Shown: in pieces, positions 18,353 to 27,745 of the stretch | Position numbering within the stretch: the first letter of the stretch is position 1 | Layout of the letters: every line of letters starts with the position of its first letter | Source of the DNA: Clostridia bacterium | Lineage (GTDB): Bacteria > Bacillota > Clostridia > Oscillospirales > CAG-272 | Length of the DNA: 61,000 nucleotides | Assembly: GCA_017456985.1 (NCBI GenBank) | Contig: JAFTIH010000023.1 | Location: 1-61,000 of the forward strand | Direction: 5' to 3' | Position numbers and translations under genes: made by a program | Notes under the pieces: model-generated | The model's input: only the letters and a program-made list of their open reading frames with translations | Told to the model about the DNA's origin: nothing | The model's database searches: none

Positions 18353-18697
18353 TTACTCGGTGTTCCGCTCCGCTCGCGCGGCAAGGCGGAAGCACAGGGC
18401 TCCCGCAAGACTTGTGGGAAAGGAAATGAGTGCGATGACGCGCACCGAGGAAAGAATGGGTGCGCTCACCGTTAAGAAAAGCCACAAAAGAAACCAGACG
18501 AGCCAAGCGGAGGGAGTTTTTAAGCGCTCACGCAGAATGCGAAAGAGGGGAATTGCGGCGAGCGTGAGCAAAAGGAGGGCAAGAAGGGAGAGGGCGCTCT
18601 CTCCCCTCCCGAGCCAGAGCGGGAAATGCTCAACCGTGGCGACGGCGGGGGGCAGGATGCAAAGCAAAAGCCCGAGGGCACGGAACAGGTGCTTCAC
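18353..18697 (-). CDS. Small multi-TM protein (possibly holin-like)
   Basis: 114 aa, 3-4 hydrophobic segments, charged C-terminus; GTG start overlapping upstream stop. Confidence 0.6.
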   Translation of the reverse strand: MKHLFRALGLLLCILPPAVATVEHFPLWLGRGESALSLLALLLLTLAAIPLFRILRERLKTPSAWLVWFLLWLFLTVSAPILSSVRVIALISFPTSLAGALCFRLAARAERNTE

Positions 18698-19293
18698 GAG
18701 TGGGACCCTAACGTCTTTTTCAAGCGATAGTAGCTTTCCGCCATGCTGTCCTTTTGCGCCTGGGGCAGATTGACGGACGAAAGAAGCTCGTAAAACAGCT
18801 CCGTTTCGGTTGCAAGCACGGCGGCGGTGGCTTTGCGCTCCTTCTCACTCTCGGCAAGCGCCGCCTCGATGGTGGCAAGGCGCTCACCAAGGGATATGAG
18901 GGCGTCGCGGCTCTCGTGAACTGCTCCGAGAAGGGGGGCGGTCTGCGCCTTGACGTCGGTGAGCACCGCAGACGCCTCGCTCGTGAATTTTTCGGTTACC
19001 TCGCCCGTTTTTCCGAGAAGCGAGGCGAGGGCGGACAGTCCCGAGCGCACCAAGGGCAAAAGTCCCTTCTTGTAAAGAAACGCCACGAGCAGAGAGCCAA
19101 GGAGCGTTAAGGAGCCGAGGATGGTGTCCGCGTTCTCGGTGAAAAAGTCGGCAACGAGGGTGGTAAAGGGGGTGCTCTCTTCCATAGCTGCTCCGTCCTC
19201 GGGGACCGCGGCGTCCTCCGACGCAAGCACGGGTACGAGCAGAAGGAGTGCAAGCAAAAGAGAAAGCAAGGATAATGCGAGAATTTTTTTCAT
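18694..19293 (-). CDS. Signal-peptide/TM protein with C-terminal coiled coil
   Basis: RBS AGGAGG, start MKKILALSLLSLLLALLLLVPVLA; internal TM ILGSLTLLGSLLVAFLY; helical C-terminus. Confidence 0.7.
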   Translation of the reverse strand: MKKILALSLLSLLLALLLLVPVLASEDAAVPEDGAAMEESTPFTTLVADFFTENADTILGSLTLLGSLLVAFLYKKGLLPLVRSGLSALASLLGKTGEVTEKFTSEASAVLTDVKAQTAPLLGAVHESRDALISLGERLATIEAALAESEKERKATAAVLATETELFYELLSSVNLPQAQKDSMAESYYRLKKTLGSHS

Positions 19294-19309
19294 AAGTTCC
19301 TCCTGATTT

Positions 19310-19696
19310 TTAAGTAAAAAGTCTGCGGCTCTTTGCCGCGTTTTCAAGCATCGCGATGCGCTCGCGCAGGGCTTCCACCGTGCGAGTAAGCTCGCACAGG
19401 GCAAGATGCTCTTGCACGAGAAGCGCATCGGCGGGCAAGCCGACGGGCATCACGGCGGCGCCGTCGTAAAACAGGCTTTCCGCAGGAATGATGCGGTTCT
19501 CCGAGCGAAGCGCGATGCGGTTTTCGCCCTTGTGCAGGGCGGCGGGTGGCAGCGTCACCTTGCCGTGGCGGGCGATGAGGCGGCGTCCGTTGCAAAACAA
19601 GTCGTATCCTGTCGGCACCGAGATGACCGTAGGACGGCCGAGAGATTTTTCGCGCTCGGCGAAGAAGGCGTTTTTGCCATCGAAAAGAAGGGTCAC
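19310..19696 (-). CDS. Hypothetical protein (beta-rich, short C-terminal coiled coil)
   Basis: GTG start overlapping upstream stop (GTGA), preceded by GGAGAGGAG. Confidence 0.6.
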   Translation of the reverse strand: MTLLFDGKNAFFAEREKSLGRPTVISVPTGYDLFCNGRRLIARHGKVTLPPAALHKGENRIALRSENRIIPAESLFYDGAAVMPVGLPADALLVQEHLALCELTRTVEALRERIAMLENAAKSRRLFT

Positions 19697-19920
19697 TCGC
19701 TCATCTCCTCTCCGTAGATCTCGGCGCGTGCCGCCTTTTTGCACGCCTCGACAAAGTCGTAATACGTCCCGAAATTTTCGGGCTTTTCCTCCCGCCTGCG
19801 GAGCAGGGAAAGCTCCTCGGACAGGGAATACCGCTCGCGCACGAGGGCGTGGACACGGGCGGCGTAAAGAGCGTCAAGCGTGCCGTTCTTCTCGGCAAGC
19901 TTTTTTTGTGATTTCGTCAT
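19693..19920 (-). CDS. Small helical protein downstream of tail fibre (fibre chaperone-like)
   Basis: RBS AAGGAGG; motif VRERYSLSEELSLLR...YYDFVEACK, which I recall from small phage fibre-adjacent proteins. Confidence 0.6.
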   Translation of the reverse strand: MTKSQKKLAEKNGTLDALYAARVHALVRERYSLSEELSLLRRREEKPENFGTYYDFVEACKKAARAEIYGEEMSE

Positions 19921-19934
19921 ACAGACCTCCTTGC

Positions 19935-21986
19935 TCAAACGAGCTTCAATTGATATAAAAGGTTCACGACGGCGTTGCTGACCGCCTCGCCGTTCTCATC
20001 GACTACCTTGACGGTGTCCCCCTTTTCAAGGGGCAGATAGATCGCCGCTTCGCCGTTTTCCAAGAGGGCGGGAGGAAAGCTGTATTCCTCGTAAGGGAGC
20101 AAAAACGTCACGCAAAAGGGCTGTGCGGCAAGCAGCGCGCAAAGGGTCTCTTTCGTGGTGACGTTGGGACAGGCGAGCATCAGCCGTCCCTCCTCGTACC
20201 ATACGCGGCAGGGGATCGCATCCGTTTCGTCAAACTGAAAAAAGCCGCTGGTTTTTAACGCTTCGGGCTCCTCATCGATGGGAAGGGCAAAGACGCCCGC
20301 CGTGTCCGTTTCCTCCCACGCCTCCTCTCCGCAAAGGGAAAGGGTCTTAATGTAGTTTGCGTAGAAAAACGACTCGAAATCGTAATAATTCATGTCCTGT
20401 GCATCGAACACGTGGCCGTATCCGGGAAGAGAGGTGAGCGCATCGGGGAGGGGGATGCGGACGTCCTCGTGGCGAGGCATAAACACGCCGTCCCCGTTTT
20501 TTTCTTCTAACATCACGTTTTTAACGAGAAGCTTAACGCCCGTGCTTTGACTTGCCGTGCTTGCGGCATAGACGGTAAAGCTTGCGAGCGGGATGCTTGC
20601 AGAAAGGGTATAGACGGCGCGATTGTTCTCTTGCAGAGTGACGAAGGCGTCCTTTTCGCTTCCGTCCGCAAAAGACAGACGAATTAAAATACGTGACGCG
20701 CTGCGCTCGGCAAGGTGGTCAAAGCTCAAAACGTAATCTCCCACAGGCAAGGGCTCCTTTAAAGAAAGCGTGACTGCCGCCGTGCCGCTTGCTTGGGAAT
20801 CCCCCGTCCAACGGTTTTTTGCGCAGATCAGAAAGGCTCGTGCCGTGTGAATAGGACGCAAAAAGCTCGTCTTTTCGTGCGTTTCGGGAATGATGTAGGC
20901 GTTAAAGGAAAGCTGAAAGCGAAAATCCGAAAAGACGGTGTCGGCGGCGGCAGAAAACGAGAGCGTGGTTGCCATTTCTTCGTCAGCGGAGGCGATAGGC
21001 TTCAGCGTGCTTTTCGTTTTTCCCGTTTCAAGAGCAAACGTGAGGGATTCGGTGCCTTTTGAAAAGACGACCGAAATGCTGGGACTCTCGCCCGCACTCG
21101 TTACTTCGCCGCCAAGATAAAAGAGCTTTAAGGCGTAAGCAAGCATTTTGGCAGGGATATAAAGCGGGATCTCGACGCTCGCACCCGCCGCAAGGGTACC
21201 GTTTAAGACGAGGGAGCTCGTTTGTGCGTCGTAGGTGAGCGAGAGCCCGTCCGTCCCGGGAAACAAAAAGGGAAGCGCCGCCTCGGGCATCAGATTTTCG
21301 GCGCTTGCCGCCTTGGGCGGGTTGTGCCAGAGCGTACAAAGCATCGCGTTTCCGAGGCTGTTTTGGGGCGGTGTGATGGTGGCACCCGTGTGCTCCGTGT
21401 AGTCGTAATAGTAGATCGTGTCCTCCGCCGCACGCTCCAAGACGGAGACGCGCCTGGAAAAGGCGGCGGTGACGTCATCGACCTTCTTGCGAAGCACCTC
21501 CGCCAGCTCTGCAAGCAGATCCTTTTTATAAAAGATTAGGCGGTTATCCTTGCTGATGGACGCGGCGTAGATGCAATCCCCCTCTCCCACCGTTTCCACG
21601 GAAATGAGCTTAAGCGCATCCACGTCCTTTTCCAAAACCTCAAGGATCTCGGCAAGCGGACGCGCACCGTCGGGCGCAAAATACGTAGCAAGCGAGCCGT
21701 CGGCGACGTCGCGAAAGAGGTCTTCGAGAGAATGTCCCTCGAAAATGTGGGTAGCGATGAGCGAGGCAAAGCTCTCGCTCGCGCCCTTTTCCTCGAAAAG
21801 TCCCAAGGAATCCACGAGGTCGTTCAGGGCATCCGCAAGTAAGAGTGGAAGCGCGTCAAAGGCGGCGCGCAGCTCACTTGCTGAAAGCACCTCGCCCGAA
21901 TAGAGAGAGGGAAAGGAAGGACGCGAGGGCAGATTGCTGATGCGGCACGCTTCGATCTCCGAGGGTTTGATTTTATAAATAGGCAT
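19935..21986 (-). CDS. Putative tail fibre / receptor-binding protein
   Basis: Follows nozzle gene; helical N-terminal anchor (ISNLPSRP...LRAAFDALP), coiled coil, then beta-rich modules. Confidence 0.55.
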   Translation of the reverse strand: MPIYKIKPSEIEACRISNLPSRPSFPSLYSGEVLSASELRAAFDALPLLLADALNDLVDSLGLFEEKGASESFASLIATHIFEGHSLEDLFRDVADGSLATYFAPDGARPLAEILEVLEKDVDALKLISVETVGEGDCIYAASISKDNRLIFYKKDLLAELAEVLRKKVDDVTAAFSRRVSVLERAAEDTIYYYDYTEHTGATITPPQNSLGNAMLCTLWHNPPKAASAENLMPEAALPFLFPGTDGLSLTYDAQTSSLVLNGTLAAGASVEIPLYIPAKMLAYALKLFYLGGEVTSAGESPSISVVFSKGTESLTFALETGKTKSTLKPIASADEEMATTLSFSAAADTVFSDFRFQLSFNAYIIPETHEKTSFLRPIHTARAFLICAKNRWTGDSQASGTAAVTLSLKEPLPVGDYVLSFDHLAERSASRILIRLSFADGSEKDAFVTLQENNRAVYTLSASIPLASFTVYAASTASQSTGVKLLVKNVMLEEKNGDGVFMPRHEDVRIPLPDALTSLPGYGHVFDAQDMNYYDFESFFYANYIKTLSLCGEEAWEETDTAGVFALPIDEEPEALKTSGFFQFDETDAIPCRVWYEEGRLMLACPNVTTKETLCALLAAQPFCVTFLLPYEEYSFPPALLENGEAAIYLPLEKGDTVKVVDENGEAVSNAVVNLLYQLKLV

Positions 21987-22025
21987 AGTTTTTCCTTTCC
22001 GAGGCGGCTTTTGCCGCCTCTGTTT

Positions 22026-24950
22026 TTATGGCTTGATCCTTCCCGACGGGTAGAAGGAATAGGTGAGTGAAAAAATACCGAAGGGTGCGCGGTGAGCGCT
22101 CGACTCGAACAGGTATTGCTTATAGCACCAGCCGCGCTCACGCTCCCGAAGCGGGACGCTCGTAAAATCGTCCGTGGTGAAGGTGAAGGCGGAAAAGTCG
22201 GTGTCGGCGGCGTCGGCGGCACCCGGGGCGAGCGTATCGCACAAACGGAAGGGGTGGCGGTCGGTGCGCACGAGCACCGAGATCTTACCGCCCGCAAGGG
22301 TCTTGAGCTTGACCGTTGGACTGCGCGGGACGGTGTCCTTGGCGTATTGGGGCGCATCGCCGTCGTCCGTCGCAAGCGCGCACGCGCACCGATAGGGGTG
22401 TCCGTCAAAGGAGTAATAATAGCGGTGGATCTTTCCGCTTTGTGCGCGCTCCCCGATGGGCTTGACAAGGCACGCACAGTCGCCGTCGTGGTAAACGTCG
22501 GCAAAGATCAAGGCGTCGTAGCGGTCGTCGTGGCGCTCATAAAGCCGCTCGCGCGTGAGCATATCCTCGCTGAACAGGCGGGGGAGCATCTTGTTTAGCG
22601 CGCTGTAGGTGCCGTCCTCGTTCTTGAGGTAGCGAGGGGTGGGGGCACAGCGGTACAGCGCCTGTCCGCGCTTGTCGGTGTTGAAGCACCCAACGGCGCC
22701 CTCTGCCGTGCCGTAGTAGAGCGCGTGCTCGGTGGCGCAAAGCACCGTCGCAGGGAAGAAGGTACCGCCCTTGCGCTCGCCGTCCGTATCGACGGGATAG
22801 GAGCCCTCTGCTTCCTTGGAGTAATAGACCTGACCGCCTGTAAGCGTGAGGGAATACACGGGTCCCGCCGCCTCCTCGCCCACGCGCGGATGGATGCAAA
22901 GACCCTGCTCCGCCCCGCCCTCGGGAAGGTGTGCCGTATAGCGATATACGGGCACGTCCCCCGCATAGGAGCCGACACCCGAAAGCCGATACCATTCGTA
23001 TTCGGCGCTCCCGCCCGTAGCGGTGCGGCGCTTGGCGTTTCCGAGGTATATCCGACCGTTTGTCAGCAGATAAAAAATCCCCTCGAAAATTGCCGCCGAG
23101 GCGTTTGCCGTGTCCTCGTTTGCAAGATGCAGATCCACGGCACCCGAGCGGGGAAGCAAAATGCGGTCGTTTTCCGTATCGCCCGGCACGAGGGCAAAGA
23201 GCCCGCGCTTACCGAGAAAAAGGGCTTCTCCGTCGTAATGGAGCGCAAGATCTCCCGCAACGCCCACCCCGGGGAAGGATGACACGGTGGGATAGACGCG
23301 GGGGACGAGGTCGTTTCCGCCCGATGCGGGGGTATGGAAGAAGATCTCGCCCTCCCCGCCGCCGTGCGCCTTGCAAACGGCAAGCAGTCCGCCCGTCACG
23401 AGAAAGGCGCGGTTGGGAACGGCGCCCGTGCCGTCGTTGAAATAGTTGAAGCACCCGACGTAGAAGGGATTGTTAACGCCGCTGTCGTCGGGCGCCGAGA
23501 AAAAGACGGTGTTGGGGAACTTTTCGTTGCCCGTGAAGAAGACGCGCCCGTCGTATTTTCCCACGGTGCGACACCCGCAAAGGGCGTCCCGCCCCTCCGT
23601 GCCAAAGCCGCCGCCGATCTCGGAAAAACGGGTGGGGGAAACCGTCGCGCGCACGGTTAAGCGTTTTCCCTCCACAAGCGCGGGACTTGACACGAATAGC
23701 TCGACGTGGGTGACGAGCTCGTCCGTGCGCACCTCGCGGTAGCGGATGTAGCCGTCCTCGTAGGGAAGGAAGGATTGCGCAAGCACCGTCCCCCCGAGCG
23801 CGACCTCACAAAGCGAAAGACAGGGCTCGTACAGCGGATAGCGATAGACGGTCCCGCTGCTCTCAAACGGCTCTGCCGAGAAGACTACCTCGGCGCCCGC
23901 CGCCGCGGGATCGGCACCCTCTGCGAAGGTGATGGCGGCATACTCTTCCTCGGTGCCTCCAAAGCGCACCTCTGCGAGCGACTGGCAATAGGTGAAGGCA
24001 CCCTCGTCCACGTGGTTGAGCGCCCCCGCGCCAAGATAAAGCTGGGAGAGGGACAGACAACCGAAAAAGGCTTCCCTGCCGATGCCGTAGGTTTGAGAGG
24101 GGAGCGACAAGACCTTAAGGGCGCTGTCGCCGTAAAAGGCGCGCGGACCGATCAGGGTGACCGTTTCGGGGAGCGAGATGGAGAGAAGACCCATCATCCC
24201 CGCAAAGCCGTCCGTGGCGACTGCCGTCACCGTATAGCTTTCGGCGCCGATCTTGACGCTCGGGGGGACGGTGACCTTGCCCACGCCCCGATATTCCTTT
24301 GACATTCTCACAGTGCAGGTCTTTTCCTCCTCATTCAGTACCGAGAATAAAAGACCGTTTTCCGTGACGGCGCTCTCGTACGCGCCGTCGGCAGTGAAGG
24401 CGATGCGCACGGTGTTCGAGAGCAGATTGCGCTGCTCGTGCGGCACGCCGTTGAGGTAGGTTAAGGGCACGTAGGCGAGAGATTCGTTTTGATCAAGCGT
24501 TAAGAGCGTTCCGTCGCGCTCAATGCAAAGGTACCTGCCCCCGATCAGAAGGCAAAGCCGCTCGCCAAAGGAGAATGCGCAGCCCTTTTCCGCCTTTACG
24601 GTGACGTCGAGGGGCGCGACCGCCGCGAGCGTGAGGGGATAGTTGCGCAGCCGCTCGGGAAAGCGGAAGAGCCGCTCCCCTGCGTGGACGACGAGGTAGT
24701 CCTCGCCCCCGACGCGATGGCGGAAGATGCCGAGCACGGGCGCGCCGAAGCGGGCAAAGGAGCGAAAGCCGGGAAAGCTCTCGGTGGCAACGCCGTCGGT
24801 GGCGACGGGATCGCACCACATATTTTCAAGGAAAGCAAAGTGCTTTCGCGACACCTCCGAGGGGTCGGAGGAGAGGTCCACGCCGCGCAAGGCGGTATAG
24901 TAGCGGTGATAAATTTGGTTGCCGCTGAAAGAATATCGGCTCGTTTTCAT
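22026..24950 (-). CDS. Short-tail nozzle / head-stabilisation protein (P22 gp10 / T7 gp12-like) with BspA-type LRR insertion
   Basis: N-terminal LRGVDLSSDP...ENMW, beta-propeller-like repeats (YDGRVFFTG...VFFS), C-terminal QYLFES...PFGIFSLTYSF; position after adaptor. Confidence 0.6.
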   Translation of the reverse strand: MKTSRYSFSGNQIYHRYYTALRGVDLSSDPSEVSRKHFAFLENMWCDPVATDGVATESFPGFRSFARFGAPVLGIFRHRVGGEDYLVVHAGERLFRFPERLRNYPLTLAAVAPLDVTVKAEKGCAFSFGERLCLLIGGRYLCIERDGTLLTLDQNESLAYVPLTYLNGVPHEQRNLLSNTVRIAFTADGAYESAVTENGLLFSVLNEEEKTCTVRMSKEYRGVGKVTVPPSVKIGAESYTVTAVATDGFAGMMGLLSISLPETVTLIGPRAFYGDSALKVLSLPSQTYGIGREAFFGCLSLSQLYLGAGALNHVDEGAFTYCQSLAEVRFGGTEEEYAAITFAEGADPAAAGAEVVFSAEPFESSGTVYRYPLYEPCLSLCEVALGGTVLAQSFLPYEDGYIRYREVRTDELVTHVELFVSSPALVEGKRLTVRATVSPTRFSEIGGGFGTEGRDALCGCRTVGKYDGRVFFTGNEKFPNTVFFSAPDDSGVNNPFYVGCFNYFNDGTGAVPNRAFLVTGGLLAVCKAHGGGEGEIFFHTPASGGNDLVPRVYPTVSSFPGVGVAGDLALHYDGEALFLGKRGLFALVPGDTENDRILLPRSGAVDLHLANEDTANASAAIFEGIFYLLTNGRIYLGNAKRRTATGGSAEYEWYRLSGVGSYAGDVPVYRYTAHLPEGGAEQGLCIHPRVGEEAAGPVYSLTLTGGQVYYSKEAEGSYPVDTDGERKGGTFFPATVLCATEHALYYGTAEGAVGCFNTDKRGQALYRCAPTPRYLKNEDGTYSALNKMLPRLFSEDMLTRERLYERHDDRYDALIFADVYHDGDCACLVKPIGERAQSGKIHRYYYSFDGHPYRCACALATDDGDAPQYAKDTVPRSPTVKLKTLAGGKISVLVRTDRHPFRLCDTLAPGAADAADTDFSAFTFTTDDFTSVPLRERERGWCYKQYLFESSAHRAPFGIFSLTYSFYPSGRIKP

Positions 24951-25516
24951 CCTTTATCCCATCCGTTTCGTATCAGAATTGACGCACCGCCGTGGCGGTT
25001 AAGGCATCGCGAAAGCTCCTCCGCCTCGGTGTGGTAGAGCGAGAGGTAGTGGGTGGCAAGCTCCCCGCGGTCGTCGAGCCAAAGGTAGGACGCCACGAGC
25101 GGAGCAAGCAGGCTTTCCGCGTAAGGGGCAACGTCAAGCTCCTCGTCTAAGCAGTCCACCGAAAGCTGTCTTGGGCGGTGCAAATACCGTACCGTGAAGG
25201 CGCCCGCAAGCCCGCGCGCCAGGATGATGCGGCTCCCTTCCACACGGAAATCCCTGCCCTCGACGGGTCGGACGTCCTCCCCGAAGAGGACTTCTCGGGG
25301 AAACCCCGAGAAGTCCGAGACCAGCTCGGCAAGGTCAAAATCGGCGCTCCGCTTCCCGTCAACGACGGGAAGGGAGTACAGAGAAATGCGGGGAAAGCGT
25401 CTTGCGATACGGGAAAGAGAAAGATTTGCCGCACGGTAAAAATACGGCTCGTTATCTTCGAGTGTTCTGGCAAAGCCCATTTGCGCGACCGTGGTGTATA
25501 ATTCTTTTCCTGTCAT
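24947..25516 (-). CDS. Putative head-tail adaptor / tail tubular protein
   Basis: 189 aa directly after capsid gene; MTGKEL start, helix-beta-helix layout with LAPLVASYLWLDD. Confidence 0.55.
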   Translation of the reverse strand: MTGKELYTTVAQMGFARTLEDNEPYFYRAANLSLSRIARRFPRISLYSLPVVDGKRSADFDLAELVSDFSGFPREVLFGEDVRPVEGRDFRVEGSRIILARGLAGAFTVRYLHRPRQLSVDCLDEELDVAPYAESLLAPLVASYLWLDDRGELATHYLSLYHTEAEELSRCLNRHGGASILIRNGWDKG

Positions 25517-25529
25517 AGCGGCGCTTCCT

Positions 25530-26591
25530 TTACAGCTTGGTCGCGCCCTCTACCGTGCTCTCGGAATCTACCGCAAGCAGGATATGCTTGTAGGTACCGA
25601 AGCCCACGCCGAAGCGGCATCTGCCGTTCCAGATGTAGTTGCCCGTGTGGTTATCCACCCAGTTGGAAACGGTGAGGGGAACGCGGTTGAAGAACATATT
25701 GCCCGAGAGGTTCTTGTTCGCCTCGCTGGACATAATGAGCACACGGTCGTCCTCGCTCTGCCAGCCGGGCATCACGACGATGTTCCAATTGCCGTATTGC
25801 AGATTGATATCGTTGTAGCCGTTGCCGAGCGCGCCCTCCGAGCCGCATACCTTCTTGACGATAGCCTCCGCCATCGGGCGGTTGCCGGGCAGAATGATGG
25901 TGTCGGCAGTGTAGCCCAGGATCTCGCCGTTTTCGTCCTTCATATTGCGGATCTTGGCGGCAAGCTCACCGAGCGCTGCCTCAAAGGCGGCGGTGGAGGC
26001 GATGCGGGCGTCGCCCGTGCCGCTCTTAAAGACGTCGCCGAAGAAGTAGTTGCTCTGCGTGCCGTTTGCGCGTCTGCCGCCGTAGGTGTGGGCGGAGGAG
26101 AAGAGCGGCTCGCCGTCGGGTGCGGTCAAATCGAGCTTCGCCTTGGCGAATACGCCCTCCTTCTCGGTGCCGTGCGAAAGCGCGTACTCGCAGATCTTGT
26201 GCATCGTCTTGTAGTAGGCGCGGGTGAAGTTCTCCGCGCGGCGGCGGGCGTCGGCGGCGACGCCGTAGTTGGCGTCCTCCATCATCTGTGCGGTGATGGT
26301 GAACTCCTTCATAAACTGGATGTGCTCGATGAACTTGCGGTAGGTTTCCTCCACCGAGTCGTTTTCGGCACCTGCACCCTCCTCGGCGGCGGCAAAGACG
26401 CCAAATTCGTTCTGACCGACGATGGTCTCGCCGAACTTGGAAGAGCGCTCGACGTTGAAGAGCCAGTCACAGATGCCTCCGCGCTTGGTCTGCAAGTCGC
26501 TTTCGTGCTCAATGACCATCTTGATGGGGGTTTCAAGCTTACCGATGGCGGCGTTGGAGAAGCCGCTGTTTTCAGAATAAATGATCGACAT
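25530..26591 (-). CDS. Major capsid protein (HK97 fold, Mu gpT-like family)
   Basis: 353 aa after scaffold/decoration genes; FTITAQMMED, DGEPLFSSAH, ADTIILP, RFGVGFG. Confidence 0.85.
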   Translation of the reverse strand: MSIIYSENSGFSNAAIGKLETPIKMVIEHESDLQTKRGGICDWLFNVERSSKFGETIVGQNEFGVFAAAEEGAGAENDSVEETYRKFIEHIQFMKEFTITAQMMEDANYGVAADARRRAENFTRAYYKTMHKICEYALSHGTEKEGVFAKAKLDLTAPDGEPLFSSAHTYGGRRANGTQSNYFFGDVFKSGTGDARIASTAAFEAALGELAAKIRNMKDENGEILGYTADTIILPGNRPMAEAIVKKVCGSEGALGNGYNDINLQYGNWNIVVMPGWQSEDDRVLIMSSEANKNLSGNMFFNRVPLTVSNWVDNHTGNYIWNGRCRFGVGFGTYKHILLAVDSESTVEGATKL

Positions 26592-26617
26592 ATCGTGTTT
26601 CCTTTCTTACGTTGTTT

Positions 26618-27025
26618 TTAGTTTGCGAAGCGGACGGTGACGGTATCGCCTGCCGCCTTGGCGCCGTTTGCAGAAACGAGCTTTGCGCCGCGCTTGGAGG
26701 AGTCGGCGGCGGTTGCCGAGAGGGAAAGACCGTCGGATGCGACGAGATATTCCTTGCCCTCGACGAGCGTGGTAGCGGCGGCACCCAGCGGGACCTCAAA
26801 GACCATTTCGGGGAAAATGGGGGTGGCGAGGATCTCCTTGCCCTCCGAGTCCGCCAGCACGAGGTGCGTGGGGAGCGCGGTGGAGGAGGCACTCATTTTG
26901 GTGAGCGCACCGCCCGAGATGATAACGGGGGTACCGTACTTGACGGTGGCGGCAGAGGTGAGCGCGATGCGAGAGGGCTCGGGTACGCCCGTTCTGCCGT
27001 TTAAGATCTTTAAAAGATGAAACAT
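26618..27025 (-). CDS. Putative capsid decoration/cement protein
   Basis: 135 aa rich in small residues, beta-type, between scaffold and capsid genes. Confidence 0.55.
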   Translation of the reverse strand: MFHLLKILNGRTGVPEPSRIALTSAATVKYGTPVIISGGALTKMSASSTALPTHLVLADSEGKEILATPIFPEMVFEVPLGAAATTLVEGKEYLVASDGLSLSATAADSSKRGAKLVSANGAKAAGDTVTVRFAN

Positions 27026-27046
27026 AGCTTTTTTCCTTTCGTTCGT

Positions 27047-27559
27047 TTAATCGTTGTTTTTTTGTGTGACACGGCGGTACAGCGCGTTGATCTCGCTGTC
27101 CGAAAGACCGTAAAAGAGAGCGCGGGCATTTTTTAATTCGCTCGGTGCCAGCCCCTCGGGCGCCGCCTTTCCGCCGCGCGGTGCTACGGCGCGCAGATGG
27201 GCTCTGCCATCCGTGCGCGGAAAGCGGGGTGCGGCGGCGGCAAGTGCCTCCTTTACCGAAAGACCGAGGTCACGCAGCTCGGCAAAGCGCGCGGCAAAGG
27301 GCAATTCGCCCAAATGTGCGGCGGGCGCGTAGGCGGGGTCGAGGCGCTTGATCTCGGCAAGGTCCTCCTCCGCCATTTTCGCGTAATCAACGGGCGCCTC
27401 CTCGGCGGGAGGCTCGGTGGGTACGCTCTCGGCGTCCGCCGTCACGACGGGAGCGTCGGGTGCGGGCGCTTCCTCTGCGGGCGCGCCGTCAGTCGGTACG
27501 GCGTCGGCAGAGGGGGTGACTTCGTCAAGAGGGGTGTCCTCGGTAAACTCCGTGCTCAT
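27047..27559 (-). CDS. Putative capsid scaffolding protein
   Basis: Acidic Pro/Ala low-complexity N-terminus, helical core, C-terminal LSDSEINALYRRV helix; upstream of capsid. Confidence 0.6.
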   Translation of the reverse strand: MSTEFTEDTPLDEVTPSADAVPTDGAPAEEAPAPDAPVVTADAESVPTEPPAEEAPVDYAKMAEEDLAEIKRLDPAYAPAAHLGELPFAARFAELRDLGLSVKEALAAAAPRFPRTDGRAHLRAVAPRGGKAAPEGLAPSELKNARALFYGLSDSEINALYRRVTQKNND

Positions 27560-27702
27560 ACCGATTTCCTCTTGCCCGTGCGCAGATCGTCACCCTTGGT
27601 CACGGTTGCGCGGGGATCGCCCTTGCCGACCTGGCTCGGGGCTTCGATCTTGCCACCGCGATTGGTGGCGTAGGGGTTCTTGGTGGTTTTGATTTCCTTC
27701 AT
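27556..27702 (-). CDS. 48-aa basic hypothetical protein
   Basis: RBS AAGAAAGGAAA before ATG 27702; stop overlaps scaffold start (ATGA). Confidence 0.6.
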   Translation of the reverse strand: MKEIKTTKNPYATNRGGKIEAPSQVGKGDPRATVTKGDDLRTGKRKSV

Positions 27703-27745
27703 AGCGTTTCCTTTCTTGTTTTTGTTTTTTAGGGGGGCGCCCCTC

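Noticed and set aside
25530-26591. Encapsulin nanocompartment or tailocin
   Set aside because: Terminase and portal indicate DNA packaging, unlike encapsulins; no sheath, tube or tape measure, unlike tailocins.
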